Shown piece by piece: positions 37,726 to 47,699 of a stretch of DNA of 64,000 nucleotides. Source of the stretch: Escherichia phage MN04; sequence record MT129654.1; one strand, given 5' to 3'. The first letter of the stretch is position 1. Each line of letters starts with the position of its first letter. Under the pieces are notes generated by a model. That model had not been told where the DNA came from. It searched no databases and saw nothing but the letters and a program-made list of their open reading frames with translations. The translations under genes were made by a program, and so were the position numbers.

Positions 37726-38229
37726 ATGAAAATTTATCGAGTTGAGTCATCGTTCAGTATCTTAGATGATGGAAACGCTATCACAATACGACGAGACCTC
37801 TGTACTCAAATGACTCCGTATAGAAGTACAATGGACTCATGGAGTGAAGGCTGGTTATTGGAAGTAGGTTTCGACAGACCCAATTTTAAGCATCGTCATA
37901 CCATCAATAAAAATATTCCACTACCAAGTCAAGATAAGTTGCTGGTAGAAAATTCTAATAAAACCATTAGAACTAAGTGGAAACGGCCTGATTATGAAGA
38001 CTGTGATGATTATATTCCAGGTTGGTTTGTTAACCTCTACCATTTTGCTTTTGCCAGTGAGTATGATATGATGCGCTGGTTCACTCGTGAAGAGCGTAAA
38101 GAATTATCTTCTAAAGGATTCTATCTTGCCGTTTACGAAATACCTGAAGATGAGGTAGTCATTGGTGACCGCCAAGTAATGTTCCGCAAGTCCCATGCTG
38201 AACTCGTAGATTTTATTGAAATGAGATAA
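37726..38229 (+). CDS. hypothetical protein (167 aa)
   Basis: GAGGAGAA SD behind a PeSL-like promoter. Confidence 0.5.
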   Translation: MKIYRVESSFSILDDGNAITIRRDLCTQMTPYRSTMDSWSEGWLLEVGFDRPNFKHRHTINKNIPLPSQDKLLVENSNKTIRTKWKRPDYEDCDDYIPGWFVNLYHFAFASEYDMMRWFTREERKELSSKGFYLAVYEIPEDEVVIGDRQVMFRKSHAELVDFIEMR

Positions 38230-38231
38230 TT

Positions 38232-38783
38232 ATGAAATTTAATTATAATCCCAAATACACACCGAACCCGGCGGCCAAATTGATTGATTTTGATGTTTTA
38301 AGCACTTATGCAGCCCCTATTGAACCATTAGAAATTAAGGAAACCACTATGACTACTCAGACTATCGAAATCGGTAAAACCTACAAACTGGTTGAACCTG
38401 AAATTAAAACTAAGGCCTTGATTTCTGGTTATAAAACTCTGACTGATGTTTTTGGCGAAGGCGAATTTATTGTTGAAGAATTCGCTAAAAGTGAGTGGTT
38501 TGACAAATCTTACGTCATCCACGGTCGCCGGTTAGATAATAACAAAATAGAGAAAAACCTGGTTTATGAAGATGAATTTGGGCTTTTCCGTGAAGTCGGA
38601 GTCGAACAAGACCCTACAGACCTGTTGTGTGCTGCTGTGGCTATCCGTCGTCCTTTTGATAATCCTATCTGTGGTTGGGTAACAGACCAGTGGATTGAAG
38701 ATGGTGTTGAACTCCTGAACGTTGTACATGCTGGTGATTTTAGCGTAGTACCTCGTAGTGCAGTGGTTAATGTATTGAATTAA
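38232..38783 (+). CDS. hypothetical protein (183 aa), tandem paralogue A
   Basis: C-terminal W(V/I)TDQW(I/V)E(D/G)GV(E/K)L..V...G.F.VVP shared with the 38857 ORF. Confidence 0.5.
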   Translation: MKFNYNPKYTPNPAAKLIDFDVLSTYAAPIEPLEIKETTMTTQTIEIGKTYKLVEPEIKTKALISGYKTLTDVFGEGEFIVEEFAKSEWFDKSYVIHGRRLDNNKIEKNLVYEDEFGLFREVGVEQDPTDLLCAAVAIRRPFDNPICGWVTDQWIEDGVELLNVVHAGDFSVVPRSAVVNVLN

Positions 38784-38785
38784 TA

Positions 38786-38814
38786 GTTTACTTTATCGAG
38801 AGCCATGTTATAAT
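38786..38814 (+). promoter_or_regulatory. early promoter, PeSL-like
   Basis: GTTTAC, 17 nt, TATAAT; -10 in the loop of GAGAGCCAT/ATGGCTCT. Confidence 0.55.
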
Positions 38815-38856
38815 GGCTCTTATGGATTATAATCCTTTAACCAAGAGAGAAAAATT

Positions 38857-39408
38857 ATGATTACTATCGGTGAAATTGTTCGTGTATCCAAAGAATCTCG
38901 CTCAAAAGCCGCAGGTCGTTTTGTTGAAGTTGCAGGTATTCGTACCAATTTAGTAGGTGGAATTAAAGAAGTTAAAGTGCGTATTATTCCTAAAAATGGC
39001 CAGACCGAAACCGAATTTGCTTATGTTCGCCCTAAATTTTTAAAATCGACTGAATTTACCGGATACATCGCTCCTGTAGTTGAAGAAGTTGAATCCCATG
39101 ATGGGTATGTATGTGAAAGCAATGATATTCGCGGCGTAGTAGCTCAAGACGTTGAAACTATTGACCAATCTCATGTCGGCGTTGATTTCAAATGGAAATT
39201 AGGTCGAGGAGTGTGTTTTAATACTCCTAAACCGTTCAAATATGTTGACGAACCTTTTGGTACTTACGAAACCAGTAGCATGTCTGGTTACATCACAGAC
39301 CAGTGGGTTGAAGGTGGCGTTAAGCTCTATAACATCGTGTTCCTTGGAACCTTTAAGGTTGTTCCTGAAAGCTTTATTGTTGAATATGCTAACATTCACC
39401 GTGCATAA
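38857..39408 (+). CDS. hypothetical protein (183 aa), tandem paralogue B
   Basis: Same length and conserved C-terminal block as the 38232 ORF. Confidence 0.5.
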   Translation: MITIGEIVRVSKESRSKAAGRFVEVAGIRTNLVGGIKEVKVRIIPKNGQTETEFAYVRPKFLKSTEFTGYIAPVVEEVESHDGYVCESNDIRGVVAQDVETIDQSHVGVDFKWKLGRGVCFNTPKPFKYVDEPFGTYETSSMSGYITDQWVEGGVKLYNIVFLGTFKVVPESFIVEYANIHRA

Positions 39409-39569
39409 AGTTTAAAAAACAGTATACAATACGGTAGGGTAGTGATAAGATTACCCTATCAAAACAAATGAGTGAAATGGAGAATAAAAATGTTTGCACC
39501 TTATATTATGATTACAGTTATCGTTATCTGTCTGTATCTTTTAATTAAAGCTTGTTAAGGAGATTTAAA

Positions 39570-39791
39570 ATGACTACTAAAATCACTGCAAACTCGACTC
39601 GTGAAGAATTTGAAGATGTTCTGTTCAACCCTGATTTAATCGTGGTTCAAAAGGAACATTCTGATACGTTTTCTCATTTATCGTCGGTTTATGTATACGA
39701 AAATCAAGGTGATAAAAACCCTATGTATGCAGTGTTCCGTGAAATCACTGCTGAAGGCACCGACTTCTGGAAGGAAACTTACAATGCTTAA
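39570..39791 (+). CDS. hypothetical protein (73 aa)
   Basis: AAGGAG SD before ATG 39570. Confidence 0.4.
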   Translation: MTTKITANSTREEFEDVLFNPDLIVVQKEHSDTFSHLSSVYVYENQGDKNPMYAVFREITAEGTDFWKETYNA

Positions 39792-40287
39792 TCAAGAACT
39801 TGAATTTGAAAAAGGTAAATGGTACTATTTTAAAGATGACGCGGCAGAAGCTGAATTCCGTAAGCTGAATTCCCATAATATTAGGACTCCTAATAATTCT
39901 TCTATAGCAGATATTATTGTCAATTCTGAAGGTTTTTGCCCTGTTAGATTAGCGGCAGGTTATGTGATGAACGTGGACTTGGCTTATGGTGATAACATTG
40001 ATATGGTTTTATATCCAAGCGAGCGTAAATTCTTTACGGAAATGGTTGTAGTTGACAGTGAAGACGAATGGGCCGAAGATGGTTTTTCTGAAGAAGACCG
40101 GTCTGAACCGAGTGATTTCCCTTTGACTAAAATCACTATGGAAATGGGTTTAGTTGGCGGTGAAGACCAGTCTGAAGACGCAGCCCCATATGAACCGAGT
40201 GATTTCCCTTTGACTAAAATCACTATCTCCAATAATTCTGAAGCCTGGACTGTTTACCGGATGTTGAAAGCCCACTTTAAGGAATAA
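39784..40287 (+). CDS. hypothetical acidic protein with internal 11-aa repeat (EPSDFPLTKIT x2)
   Basis: ORF; nucleotide direct repeat inside the CDS. Confidence 0.45.
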   Translation: MLNQELEFEKGKWYYFKDDAAEAEFRKLNSHNIRTPNNSSIADIIVNSEGFCPVRLAAGYVMNVDLAYGDNIDMVLYPSERKFFTEMVVVDSEDEWAEDGFSEEDRSEPSDFPLTKITMEMGLVGGEDQSEDAAPYEPSDFPLTKITISNNSEAWTVYRMLKAHFKE

Positions 40288-40288
40288 T

Positions 40289-40465
40289 ATGCCACTTTAT
40301 GATTACAAATGCCAATCCGAAGACTGTGCAAAAGAATACGAAAAAATCAAGAAAATCTCTGAAAGAGATAATGATGTTTGCCCTGATTGCCATCGGTTGG
40401 CTGTTCGGTTAGTTTCAGCTCCTAAACATGTTAACGGCGGGTTCTATGACCTGCTAACTAAGTGA
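40289..40465 (+). CDS. small zinc-ribbon protein (58 aa), FmdB-like
   Basis: MPLYDYKCQSEDC...CPDCH; two CxxC pairs. Not in the ORF track (<60 aa). Confidence 0.4.
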   Translation: MPLYDYKCQSEDCAKEYEKIKKISERDNDVCPDCHRLAVRLVSAPKHVNGGFYDLLTK

Positions 40466-40471
40466 GAAATT

Positions 40472-40732
40472 ATGAAATATGTTAATCGTTCTATTGCAGC
40501 TCTTGTACTAGCAGTTTCGTTGGTTGGTTGTACTGATGCTGATAATGCCACCCGTGTATTGGATGCAAATGGCTACGAACAAATCCAAATCACAGGATAC
40601 AACTTATTTGGCTGTTCTGAAGATGATTTCCAACGTACAGGCTTTATTGCTGTAGGGCCGACAGGTAAAAGGGTTGAAGGAACAGTTTGTTCTGGGTTAT
40701 TCTTTAAAAAGTCAACCATTCGGTTTGATTAA
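40472..40732 (+). CDS. putative lipoprotein (86 aa)
   Basis: Signal peptide with lipobox LVGC; followed by a terminator. Confidence 0.45.
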   Translation: MKYVNRSIAALVLAVSLVGCTDADNATRVLDANGYEQIQITGYNLFGCSEDDFQRTGFIAVGPTGKRVEGTVCSGLFFKKSTIRFD

Positions 40733-40750
40733 GGGCTTCGGCCCTTTTAT
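40733..40750 (+). terminator. intrinsic terminator candidate
   Basis: GGGCTTCGGCCC hairpin plus a short T-run. Confidence 0.45.
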
Positions 40751-40774
40751 GCTTTAAGTGAAATGGGATAATAT
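40750..40774 (+). promoter_or_regulatory. middle promoter candidate (MotA box + -10)
   Basis: TGCTTTA, 12-nt spacer, TAATAT, upstream of gene 39. Confidence 0.45.
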
Positions 40775-40798
40775 TCTCCTACTACATGAGGAAATAAC

Positions 40799-42616
40799 AT
40801 GATTAAGAATGAAATTAAAGTACTGTCCGACATTGAACATATCAAAAAACGTAGTGGGATGTATATTGGCTCAAGTGCTAATGAAGCTCACGGTCGATTC
40901 CTGTTTGGTAATTTTACCCAGGTGAACTATGTTCCAGGGCTAGTTAAATTAATTGACGAAATCATTGATAACTCTGTCGATGAAGCTATTCGTACCAATT
41001 TTAAATTTGCAAATAAAATCGATGTTCAAATTAAGAATAATCAGGTTTCAGTTTCTGATAATGGCCGTGGTATTCCTCAAGCAATGGTTACCGACCAAAA
41101 CGGTGAACAAATTCCGGGCCCTGTAGCTGCATGGACTATTCCAAAGGCCGGTGGTAACTTTGGAGATGACGCCGAGCGTAAAACAGGCGGCATGAACGGT
41201 GTTGGTAGTAGTTTAACTAATATCTTCTCTGTTTTGTTCACAGGCATCACCTCTGATGGTGAGAATGAGATTACTGTTAACTGTTCCAACGGAATGGAAA
41301 ACAAAGGTTGGTCTACTAAGAAATCTAAAGGTAAGGGTACTTCGGTTATATTCACCCCAGACTTTAACCATTTCGAAGAAAATAGTCTGTCCCAAATTTA
41401 TCTGGATATTACATTAGACCGTCTTCAAACACTGGCCGTAATTTATCCAGATATCCAATTTACTTTTAATGGTAAAAAAGTAGATGGCAACTTTAAAAAG
41501 TATGCTAAGCAATTTGGTGAAGACTTTGTAATCCAAGAAACCGATAATGTTTCGATGGCATTTACTCCTTCTCCGGACGGGTTCCGTCAACTGACGTATG
41601 TAAACAATATCCATACTAAGAACGGTGGTCACCACGTTGAATGTGTGTTTGATGATATCTGTGAGCACCTTCTGCCTGGTATTAAAAAGAAATATAAAGG
41701 AATCGAAGTAACTAAGGCTCGTGTTAAAGAATGCCTTACTATGGTAATGTTCATTCGTGATATGAGCAATATGCGTTTTGATTCGCAGACTAAAGAGCGA
41801 TTAACCTCTCCGTTTGGCGAGATTCGTAACCATATCCAAATTGATGCTAAGAAAATTGCAACGGCTATTCTTAAGGTCGATGGGTTGATTATGCCTATCG
41901 TCGAAGCCGCTTTAGCACGTAAACTCGCTGCCGAAAAAGCCGCCGAAACAAAAGCTGCTAAGAAAGCTTTGAAAGCCAAGGTCCATAAGCATATTAAAGC
42001 CAATATGTATGGCAAAGATGCTGATACGACTTTATTCCTTACGGAAGGTGATTCTGCAATGGGTCCTTTCATTGAAGTTCGTAATAAAGACCTCCAAGGT
42101 GGTTATCCGTTACGCGGAAAGGTTATGAATACCTGGGGTATGACTGCTGCTGATATCATGAAGAACAAAGAATTGTTTGATATCTGTGCAATCACTGGAC
42201 TGGTTATTGGTGAACCTGCAGATAAAACCAACTATCGTAATATCGCTATCATGACTGACGCCGATGTGGATGGTACTGGTTCGATTTATCCTTCGTTATT
42301 AGCTTTCTTTAGTCAGTGGCCGGAATTGTTTGAACAGGGACGAATTCGTTTCTGTAAGACTCCTGTAATCATTGCTCAGGTTGGTAAAGAACAGGAATGG
42401 TTCTATGATGTACCTAGTTATACCAAAGCTAAGGACTCTCTACCAAAACATTCCATTCGATATATTAAAGGTTTAGGTTCTCTTGAGAAAGCTGAATATC
42501 GTCGAATGATTCAAGACCCTAAATTTGATGTGGTTCAATTACCTGAAGATTGGAAAGAACAGTTCGAAATGCTCCTAGGGAATGACCCACAGCTGCGTAA
42601 GGCTTGGATGTCATAA
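40799..42616 (+). CDS. 39: DNA topoisomerase II large subunit gp39, fused 39+60 form (GyrB-like)
   Basis: 605 aa continuous ORF; GHKL ATPase region (IDEIIDNSVDEA, GRGIP) and Toprim LFLTEGDSA. Confidence 0.9.
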   Translation: MIKNEIKVLSDIEHIKKRSGMYIGSSANEAHGRFLFGNFTQVNYVPGLVKLIDEIIDNSVDEAIRTNFKFANKIDVQIKNNQVSVSDNGRGIPQAMVTDQNGEQIPGPVAAWTIPKAGGNFGDDAERKTGGMNGVGSSLTNIFSVLFTGITSDGENEITVNCSNGMENKGWSTKKSKGKGTSVIFTPDFNHFEENSLSQIYLDITLDRLQTLAVIYPDIQFTFNGKKVDGNFKKYAKQFGEDFVIQETDNVSMAFTPSPDGFRQLTYVNNIHTKNGGHHVECVFDDICEHLLPGIKKKYKGIEVTKARVKECLTMVMFIRDMSNMRFDSQTKERLTSPFGEIRNHIQIDAKKIATAILKVDGLIMPIVEAALARKLAAEKAAETKAAKKALKAKVHKHIKANMYGKDADTTLFLTEGDSAMGPFIEVRNKDLQGGYPLRGKVMNTWGMTAADIMKNKELFDICAITGLVIGEPADKTNYRNIAIMTDADVDGTGSIYPSLLAFFSQWPELFEQGRIRFCKTPVIIAQVGKEQEWFYDVPSYTKAKDSLPKHSIRYIKGLGSLEKAEYRRMIQDPKFDVVQLPEDWKEQFEMLLGNDPQLRKAWMS

Positions 42617-42823
42617 TAAATACGTACGGTACATGAGTACCGTATAAAAGGAGACTTTATGAGAAAGTACTGGGTTACGCTCGTCACAGGTGAATATGGT
42701 TATCTCTGGACAGATACACGTCCTCTTTTTGCAGAGTACGTTACTATCACAGTTGAAACATGGGACGGCGAAGTTTACCAAACCCGTGGTCAAGTTTATA
42801 GAGTCGATTCAAGCAACTAATTA

Positions 42824-42846
42824 AGGGCCGCAAGGCCCTTTTTTGG
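42824..42846 (+). terminator. intrinsic terminator
   Basis: AGGGCCGCAAGGCCCT hairpin plus T6. Confidence 0.65.
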
Positions 42847-42895
42847 GGTTTACAACAGATTAAAAGTGTGATACGATTCTCTAAGAGGTGAGAAT

Positions 42896-43219
42896 ATGAT
42901 TATGCAAGATAATAGTATAGTGAACACTGGCAACTTGGCTTTGTCTTTTATGGAGACCGCAATTCGCAATTGTAAAGACGAAGGAGTAGTGATTACAAGC
43001 GGCAAGGGACTAGAATATCTCAAGGCTGTAAAATCTATTGCCTTAAAGATTAAAGATAACCAGGCGCTCTCTCCTGTTGTCCAGGAAAAGGTTCTAGAGA
43101 TATTGTATCGCCACAGAGAGCACAAAAGTACAATGGGTTCTATGAGAAGAATTCTGGCTGAACTAGGTTCTACCAGAGAATATGTTCAACATGAGGTAGT
43201 TAAAAATGACAAACTTTAA
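42896..43219 (+). CDS. hypothetical protein (107 aa)
   Basis: GAGGTGAGAAT-ATG TIR. Confidence 0.45.
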   Translation: MIMQDNSIVNTGNLALSFMETAIRNCKDEGVVITSGKGLEYLKAVKSIALKIKDNQALSPVVQEKVLEILYRHREHKSTMGSMRRILAELGSTREYVQHEVVKNDKL

Positions 43220-43409
43220 AGTCAACATTGATTTGTTTGATAAAGCTGTCCACAAAGAATTCCGGCTAATCCAGAGATTTTTTGATATCAATGCAGCTGA
43301 AGATTTTAAAGAACGCTTTAAAGAAATCAGATATAAAATACTCAACGACATCGCTACTAAGGAAGAGCTCCTTGAAGTAGCAGATATTTTTAAACGTAAC
43401 CTGAATTGA
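43206..43409 (+). CDS. hypothetical protein (67 aa)
   Basis: ORF upstream of rIIA. Confidence 0.4.
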   Translation: MTNFKVNIDLFDKAVHKEFRLIQRFFDINAAEDFKERFKEIRYKILNDIATKEELLEVADIFKRNLN

Positions 43410-43416
43410 GAAAAAT

Positions 43417-45627
43417 ATGATTATTGAAACCGAAAAAGAACAAATCATTGGCAACGGCTCTAAGTCCACAGGATTTACTATCCAGGCTTCGCCTAAGGTC
43501 TTTAAAATTCTTTCATCAGACCTTTATAGTAATAAGGTACGTGCCGTAGTTCGTGAACTAATTACCAACATGATTGATGCTCATATTCTGAATGGTAATA
43601 AAGAACGTTGGAAAGTACAGGTTCCTGGTAAGCTCGACCCTCGCTTTGTGTGCCGTGATTTCGGCCCAGGTATGAGCGATTTCCAGATTCGTGGTGATGA
43701 AAACGAAACCGGTTTGTATAACTCTTATTTCGCATCATCTAAAACTGCTTCTAATGATTTCATCGGCGGCTTTGGCCTTGGTTCAAAATCTCCGTTCAGT
43801 TATACCGAAACGTTTAATATTACCTCATGGCACAATGGCGAAGTTCGCGGTTATGTAGCTTATATGGATGGTGATGGGCCGCAGATTAAACCTACTTTCG
43901 TAGAACCTATGCAGCCAGGTGATAAAACAGGTATCGAAATCACGGTTCCTGTCGATGAAGAAGATTTCCGTAAGTTTGAAACTGAAGTTCGATATATCAT
44001 GCGTCCGTTCATTGGACTTGGCGATGTTGACGGTGTTGAAGTTGATTATTTCCCTGAATTTGAAGACTACTATCCTGTAACCACTACAAATTATGGCAGC
44101 TTCGAACGTTCAGGACTTTATGCAGTTTATGGTGGTATTGTTTATCCATTGGATTCTGCTTATAATAAAGGCACATGGATGCGTACTCGCCATGATGTAG
44201 TTTATATTAAGTTCCCTATGGGTTCGCTGGATATTGCTCCGTCTCGTGAAGTGTTGTCTCTTGATAAACGTACGATGGAAAATATTGCAACCCGTATCGA
44301 AGCACTGGATGCAGTGGTCTTTAAAAACGATACACAAGAATGGGTTGAATCTGATAATCCACGCCATGTTTATCGCGACCTTTCTAACCTTGGTTACAGT
44401 GCTCGTGACTATCTTACCAAAAAAGGTGGGACTAGCCTGTTTACTACAGAAAAATTGACATATGAGAAATTATACCAACGTTACACACTTCAAAACGACC
44501 TTATTAATTTAGGTGTGGTTTACGAAATCGTTTCAGACCCACGTTTGAAACGAATTAAGCCGAGTGGTAATACTTCTTCGGTGGCAGGACTTAGTAGCCT
44601 ATTAGGCATTAATAATAAAGAAATCCATATTGTTTATGATGATGAAAAGGGTCGTGTGCCACTAGTTCGAGGACTTTGGGCTCTGGCAATGGACAACAGT
44701 GCTTCGGCTAAGAAAATTGTTAAAGAGAACAATATTCCTAAATACGGAACCGACCTTATTTTTGTCGACCCAAATTCAATGCTGCAAATGCAACAACTTG
44801 AAAAGGTTAAAGAACTTTTTAAAGGTGACACTATTCATTTTTATAAAGTCTCTGAACTGAATAAAATTGTTAAGCCATGGATTCCGGTTACTGTCCGTTC
44901 ATCAGAACCTCGTCCTAAAACACCAAGTGCTTATCGTTGGTTCATTAAAGACGGACGTTGGCAACAAGAGACCTTGTACTTAACTGCTGCAGAAGCAGAA
45001 GAAATTACAGGGTACGTATTGTTTGGTAGTCGTTCTGATATCATGGGAATGGACGAAGCTTATGGTATCTTTGACATCAACACCACTACCATGTGTCGTA
45101 TGGCTAATTTGATTGGTGCTACCGAATTCCATATCATTCGTCCTCAAATTGCCAAAAAGATTAAAAAGTTAGGCCAATGTGAATGCTTGATGGAAACCAC
45201 GTTAGAAGCTTATGCCCAAGCCTTAGACGAAGTAGATGTTGACGATTACCTTGGTAGTAACACCCGTGCAAGATATTATCTTGAAATCATTGCCAAGTTC
45301 CCTGAGCTAGGTTTCATGACCAAGTATTTCAGTGATAAGCCGGTGTCTGAAGCATATACTCGTCTGAGCAATTTCTATGATATATTCCGTTATATGAATT
45401 TCCATGGCTATATCACTGATGACAAGCTTTCAGTTATCAAGAAAATTTGTAACACGACGTTCTATACGTTAACCGAAAATGCTTCAAGTAACAATGATAA
45501 AATGACTATACAGTTTGAATCTGATTACCATTTAGTTTCGGACTACATGTATCGTCGTGGAACATCCATTACCGAGGCTTCTGTAGCTCAAATCGTTAAA
45601 TTCATGAAAGCCGTGGAAGCGGCTTAA
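43417..45627 (+). CDS. rIIA: rIIA protein
   Basis: 736 aa; MIIETEKEQIIGNGSKS... and VVRELITNMIDAH N-terminal block match recalled T4 rIIA. Confidence 0.85.
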   Translation: MIIETEKEQIIGNGSKSTGFTIQASPKVFKILSSDLYSNKVRAVVRELITNMIDAHILNGNKERWKVQVPGKLDPRFVCRDFGPGMSDFQIRGDENETGLYNSYFASSKTASNDFIGGFGLGSKSPFSYTETFNITSWHNGEVRGYVAYMDGDGPQIKPTFVEPMQPGDKTGIEITVPVDEEDFRKFETEVRYIMRPFIGLGDVDGVEVDYFPEFEDYYPVTTTNYGSFERSGLYAVYGGIVYPLDSAYNKGTWMRTRHDVVYIKFPMGSLDIAPSREVLSLDKRTMENIATRIEALDAVVFKNDTQEWVESDNPRHVYRDLSNLGYSARDYLTKKGGTSLFTTEKLTYEKLYQRYTLQNDLINLGVVYEIVSDPRLKRIKPSGNTSSVAGLSSLLGINNKEIHIVYDDEKGRVPLVRGLWALAMDNSASAKKIVKENNIPKYGTDLIFVDPNSMLQMQQLEKVKELFKGDTIHFYKVSELNKIVKPWIPVTVRSSEPRPKTPSAYRWFIKDGRWQQETLYLTAAEAEEITGYVLFGSRSDIMGMDEAYGIFDINTTTMCRMANLIGATEFHIIRPQIAKKIKKLGQCECLMETTLEAYAQALDEVDVDDYLGSNTRARYYLEIIAKFPELGFMTKYFSDKPVSEAYTRLSNFYDIFRYMNFHGYITDDKLSVIKKICNTTFYTLTENASSNNDKMTIQFESDYHLVSDYMYRRGTSITEASVAQIVKFMKAVEAA

Positions 45628-45641
45628 TCTAAGGAAATATT

Positions 45642-46610
45642 ATGTACAATATTAAATGTCTATCCGAATCTGAACAGGTTGAAATCGTTAAGTTATATAT
45701 TTCTGGTAATTATACCCAACAAGAACTAGCCGACTGGTATAGTGTATCAGTTGATACAATCCGCAGAGTTTTGAATAACCATAAAGAAGCAGGACAAGCA
45801 CAAGTGGTTATTACCGGAAATATTACGGTAACGGTTCCTAACGAGCCTCGTGTAGTTCCGGTTGAAGTTACTATTGGTGGCTCTCGTCCGGAAATTATCT
45901 GGAACGCCAGTTCTAAATTCGTATCCATCACTGAAGGTCGTACAGTATGGAATACTACTAATAAGAACAAACACTTTGATGCCATCGTACAGGCCCTTAA
46001 AGAATCCCGTTTTGATGATGCGATTAAACTGATTTCCATTAAAGAAGCTGTTAAGGCTTTCGTTAAAGGTAACGTTCGTATTGAAGGTGGACGTCTGGTT
46101 TATCAAGGTATCGAATTGCGTTCAGGGTTGATTGACCGTATTATCACCTCAATGGAAAATGGCGAAGATTTTGAATTCTACCTGCCGTTCCTTGAGAATC
46201 TGTTAGAAAACCCAAGCGAAAAAGCTGTACAGCGTCTGTTCGACTTCCTGGTCGCGAACGATATCAAAATCACTGAAGACGGCCACTTTATCGCATGGAA
46301 AGTTGTTAATTCCGATTACACCGACTGCCGTACTGGTACGTTTGATAACTCGCCAGGTAAGCCAGTTAAAATGCCTCGTTCGCGTGTAAATGATGACGAC
46401 GAAGTAACTTGTTCAAGTGGTCTGCACGTTTGCTCTCGTAGCTATATTGGTCATTTTGGTAACTCTAACTGTAAAGTAGTTTCATGCAAAGTTAACCCGC
46501 GTGATGTTGTTAGTATCCCAGTTGATTATGGTGATGCTAAAATGCGTGTATGTTATTATGAAGTTCTGGAAGACGTCACTGAACAGTTCGCAAACGAATA
46601 CAAATACTAA
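45642..46610 (+). CDS. rIIB: rIIB protein
   Basis: 322 aa; MYNIKCLSESEQVEIVKLYISGNYTQQELADW... and C-terminal KMRVCYYEVLEDVTEQF match recalled T4 rIIB. Confidence 0.85.
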   Translation: MYNIKCLSESEQVEIVKLYISGNYTQQELADWYSVSVDTIRRVLNNHKEAGQAQVVITGNITVTVPNEPRVVPVEVTIGGSRPEIIWNASSKFVSITEGRTVWNTTNKNKHFDAIVQALKESRFDDAIKLISIKEAVKAFVKGNVRIEGGRLVYQGIELRSGLIDRIITSMENGEDFEFYLPFLENLLENPSEKAVQRLFDFLVANDIKITEDGHFIAWKVVNSDYTDCRTGTFDNSPGKPVKMPRSRVNDDDEVTCSSGLHVCSRSYIGHFGNSNCKVVSCKVNPRDVVSIPVDYGDAKMRVCYYEVLEDVTEQFANEYKY

Positions 46611-46648
46611 ATCAATAAACGGAGGCTCCGGCCTCCTAAGAGGAAATT

Positions 46649-46846
46649 ATGTTAGATTACCAAGCACGTGTAATTGATGAATATGCCCAACTGGTCTTGA
46701 AAATTAATGCACTTGAAGAGTTTATTAAAGGCGTCGTTTTTGAAACTCTTGATATCCGTCAACAAGGGTTACTGATTGCACAACTGGATGCAATGGGTGC
46801 ATATGCTCATTGTTTAGAGGTTCGTATTTCTTATTTCGGTGAGTAA
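46649..46846 (+). CDS. hypothetical protein (65 aa)
   Basis: AAGAGGAAATT-ATG TIR after an rIIB-distal hairpin. Confidence 0.4.
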   Translation: MLDYQARVIDEYAQLVLKINALEEFIKGVVFETLDIRQQGLLIAQLDAMGAYAHCLEVRISYFGE

Positions 46847-46847
46847 A

Positions 46848-47165
46848 ATGATTAATTTCATGAACGTCGGCGACGAAGATATCAAAGATAGTTATCTCCA
46901 AGGTAATCATGTGGCCGATAAGGTTTATTGTGTGGATGTAATCAAATCTGATAAAGCTACAGGCCATCTTTTTGCAACAGATGTGATTTTCGATTCAGTT
47001 GAAAACCTTAAAAAATTAGACCACAGTAAATTGAGTGAAAACTCTCGTATCTATTTTGGTAATGTTCACGTCGAAGAATTGTATATTGGTGGTGATTATG
47101 AATCCGTCAAATCCGGGACTAGTTCGACTGTCGAAGATGCCGACATTTACCCTGAAGACATCTGA
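46848..47165 (+). CDS. hypothetical protein (105 aa)
   Basis: ORF, start refined to ATG 46848. Confidence 0.4.
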   Translation: MINFMNVGDEDIKDSYLQGNHVADKVYCVDVIKSDKATGHLFATDVIFDSVENLKKLDHSKLSENSRIYFGNVHVEELYIGGDYESVKSGTSSTVEDADIYPEDI

Positions 47166-47178
47166 TTTAACGGGTGAA

Positions 47179-47655
47179 ATGAAGGTCAAGATTAAGGATA
47201 CCGTATTGTATTCCTTAAGCCAGGACCCATCCCAAGATAAGAAAGAAGTATTGACTCGGTGTGTTATTGCAACGTATGCAGAGTACATGGTGGCTGATTG
47301 GTTGAAAGGATATGTCAACAGTGGTCTGGAAGACCATGACGACCCTTATACCTACGCCTGGGACGTTTTAGCCCATCCTATGTACTGTGGACTACGTGTA
47401 GAGGTCAAGACCCACCAATCTGATTCTAAGTGGATTTCCTGCACTACAGGATACTCAGGTGACTTCCCTTATGGAACAGGGATAAACCTAGGACCGCTCT
47501 TGAATCATAAAGTTGCAGACTGTATAATTATATTCGACACTTCAGTAAATGAGGCAGGCGACGTCCTGTTCACTCCTAAGTTCTCTGGTGACAGAGAATC
47601 CATCAAAAAGCTAGTCCGTAAGAGTAATTACAACGGCTGGTATCTCGCCTTATAA
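47179..47655 (+). CDS. hypothetical protein (158 aa); sits where T4 has denB, not verified
   Basis: Start chosen at ATG 47179 to avoid overlap; the track's 47035 start overlaps the upstream ORF. Confidence 0.35.
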   Translation: MKVKIKDTVLYSLSQDPSQDKKEVLTRCVIATYAEYMVADWLKGYVNSGLEDHDDPYTYAWDVLAHPMYCGLRVEVKTHQSDSKWISCTTGYSGDFPYGTGINLGPLLNHKVADCIIIFDTSVNEAGDVLFTPKFSGDRESIKKLVRKSNYNGWYLAL

Positions 47656-47669
47656 TTTTAAAAATAAGT

Positions 47670-47699
47670 GTTTACATACACCATGGATGGTGTTACTAT
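47670..47699 (+). promoter_or_regulatory. early promoter, PeSL-like
   Basis: GTTTAC, 18 nt, TACTAT, then CTATCAACTACATGAGAGG. Confidence 0.55.

Noticed and set aside
46621-46636. Hairpin GGAGGCTCCGGCCTCC after rIIB as a terminator
   Set aside because: No downstream T-run; more likely an RNA structure near the next gene's initiation region than an intrinsic terminator.
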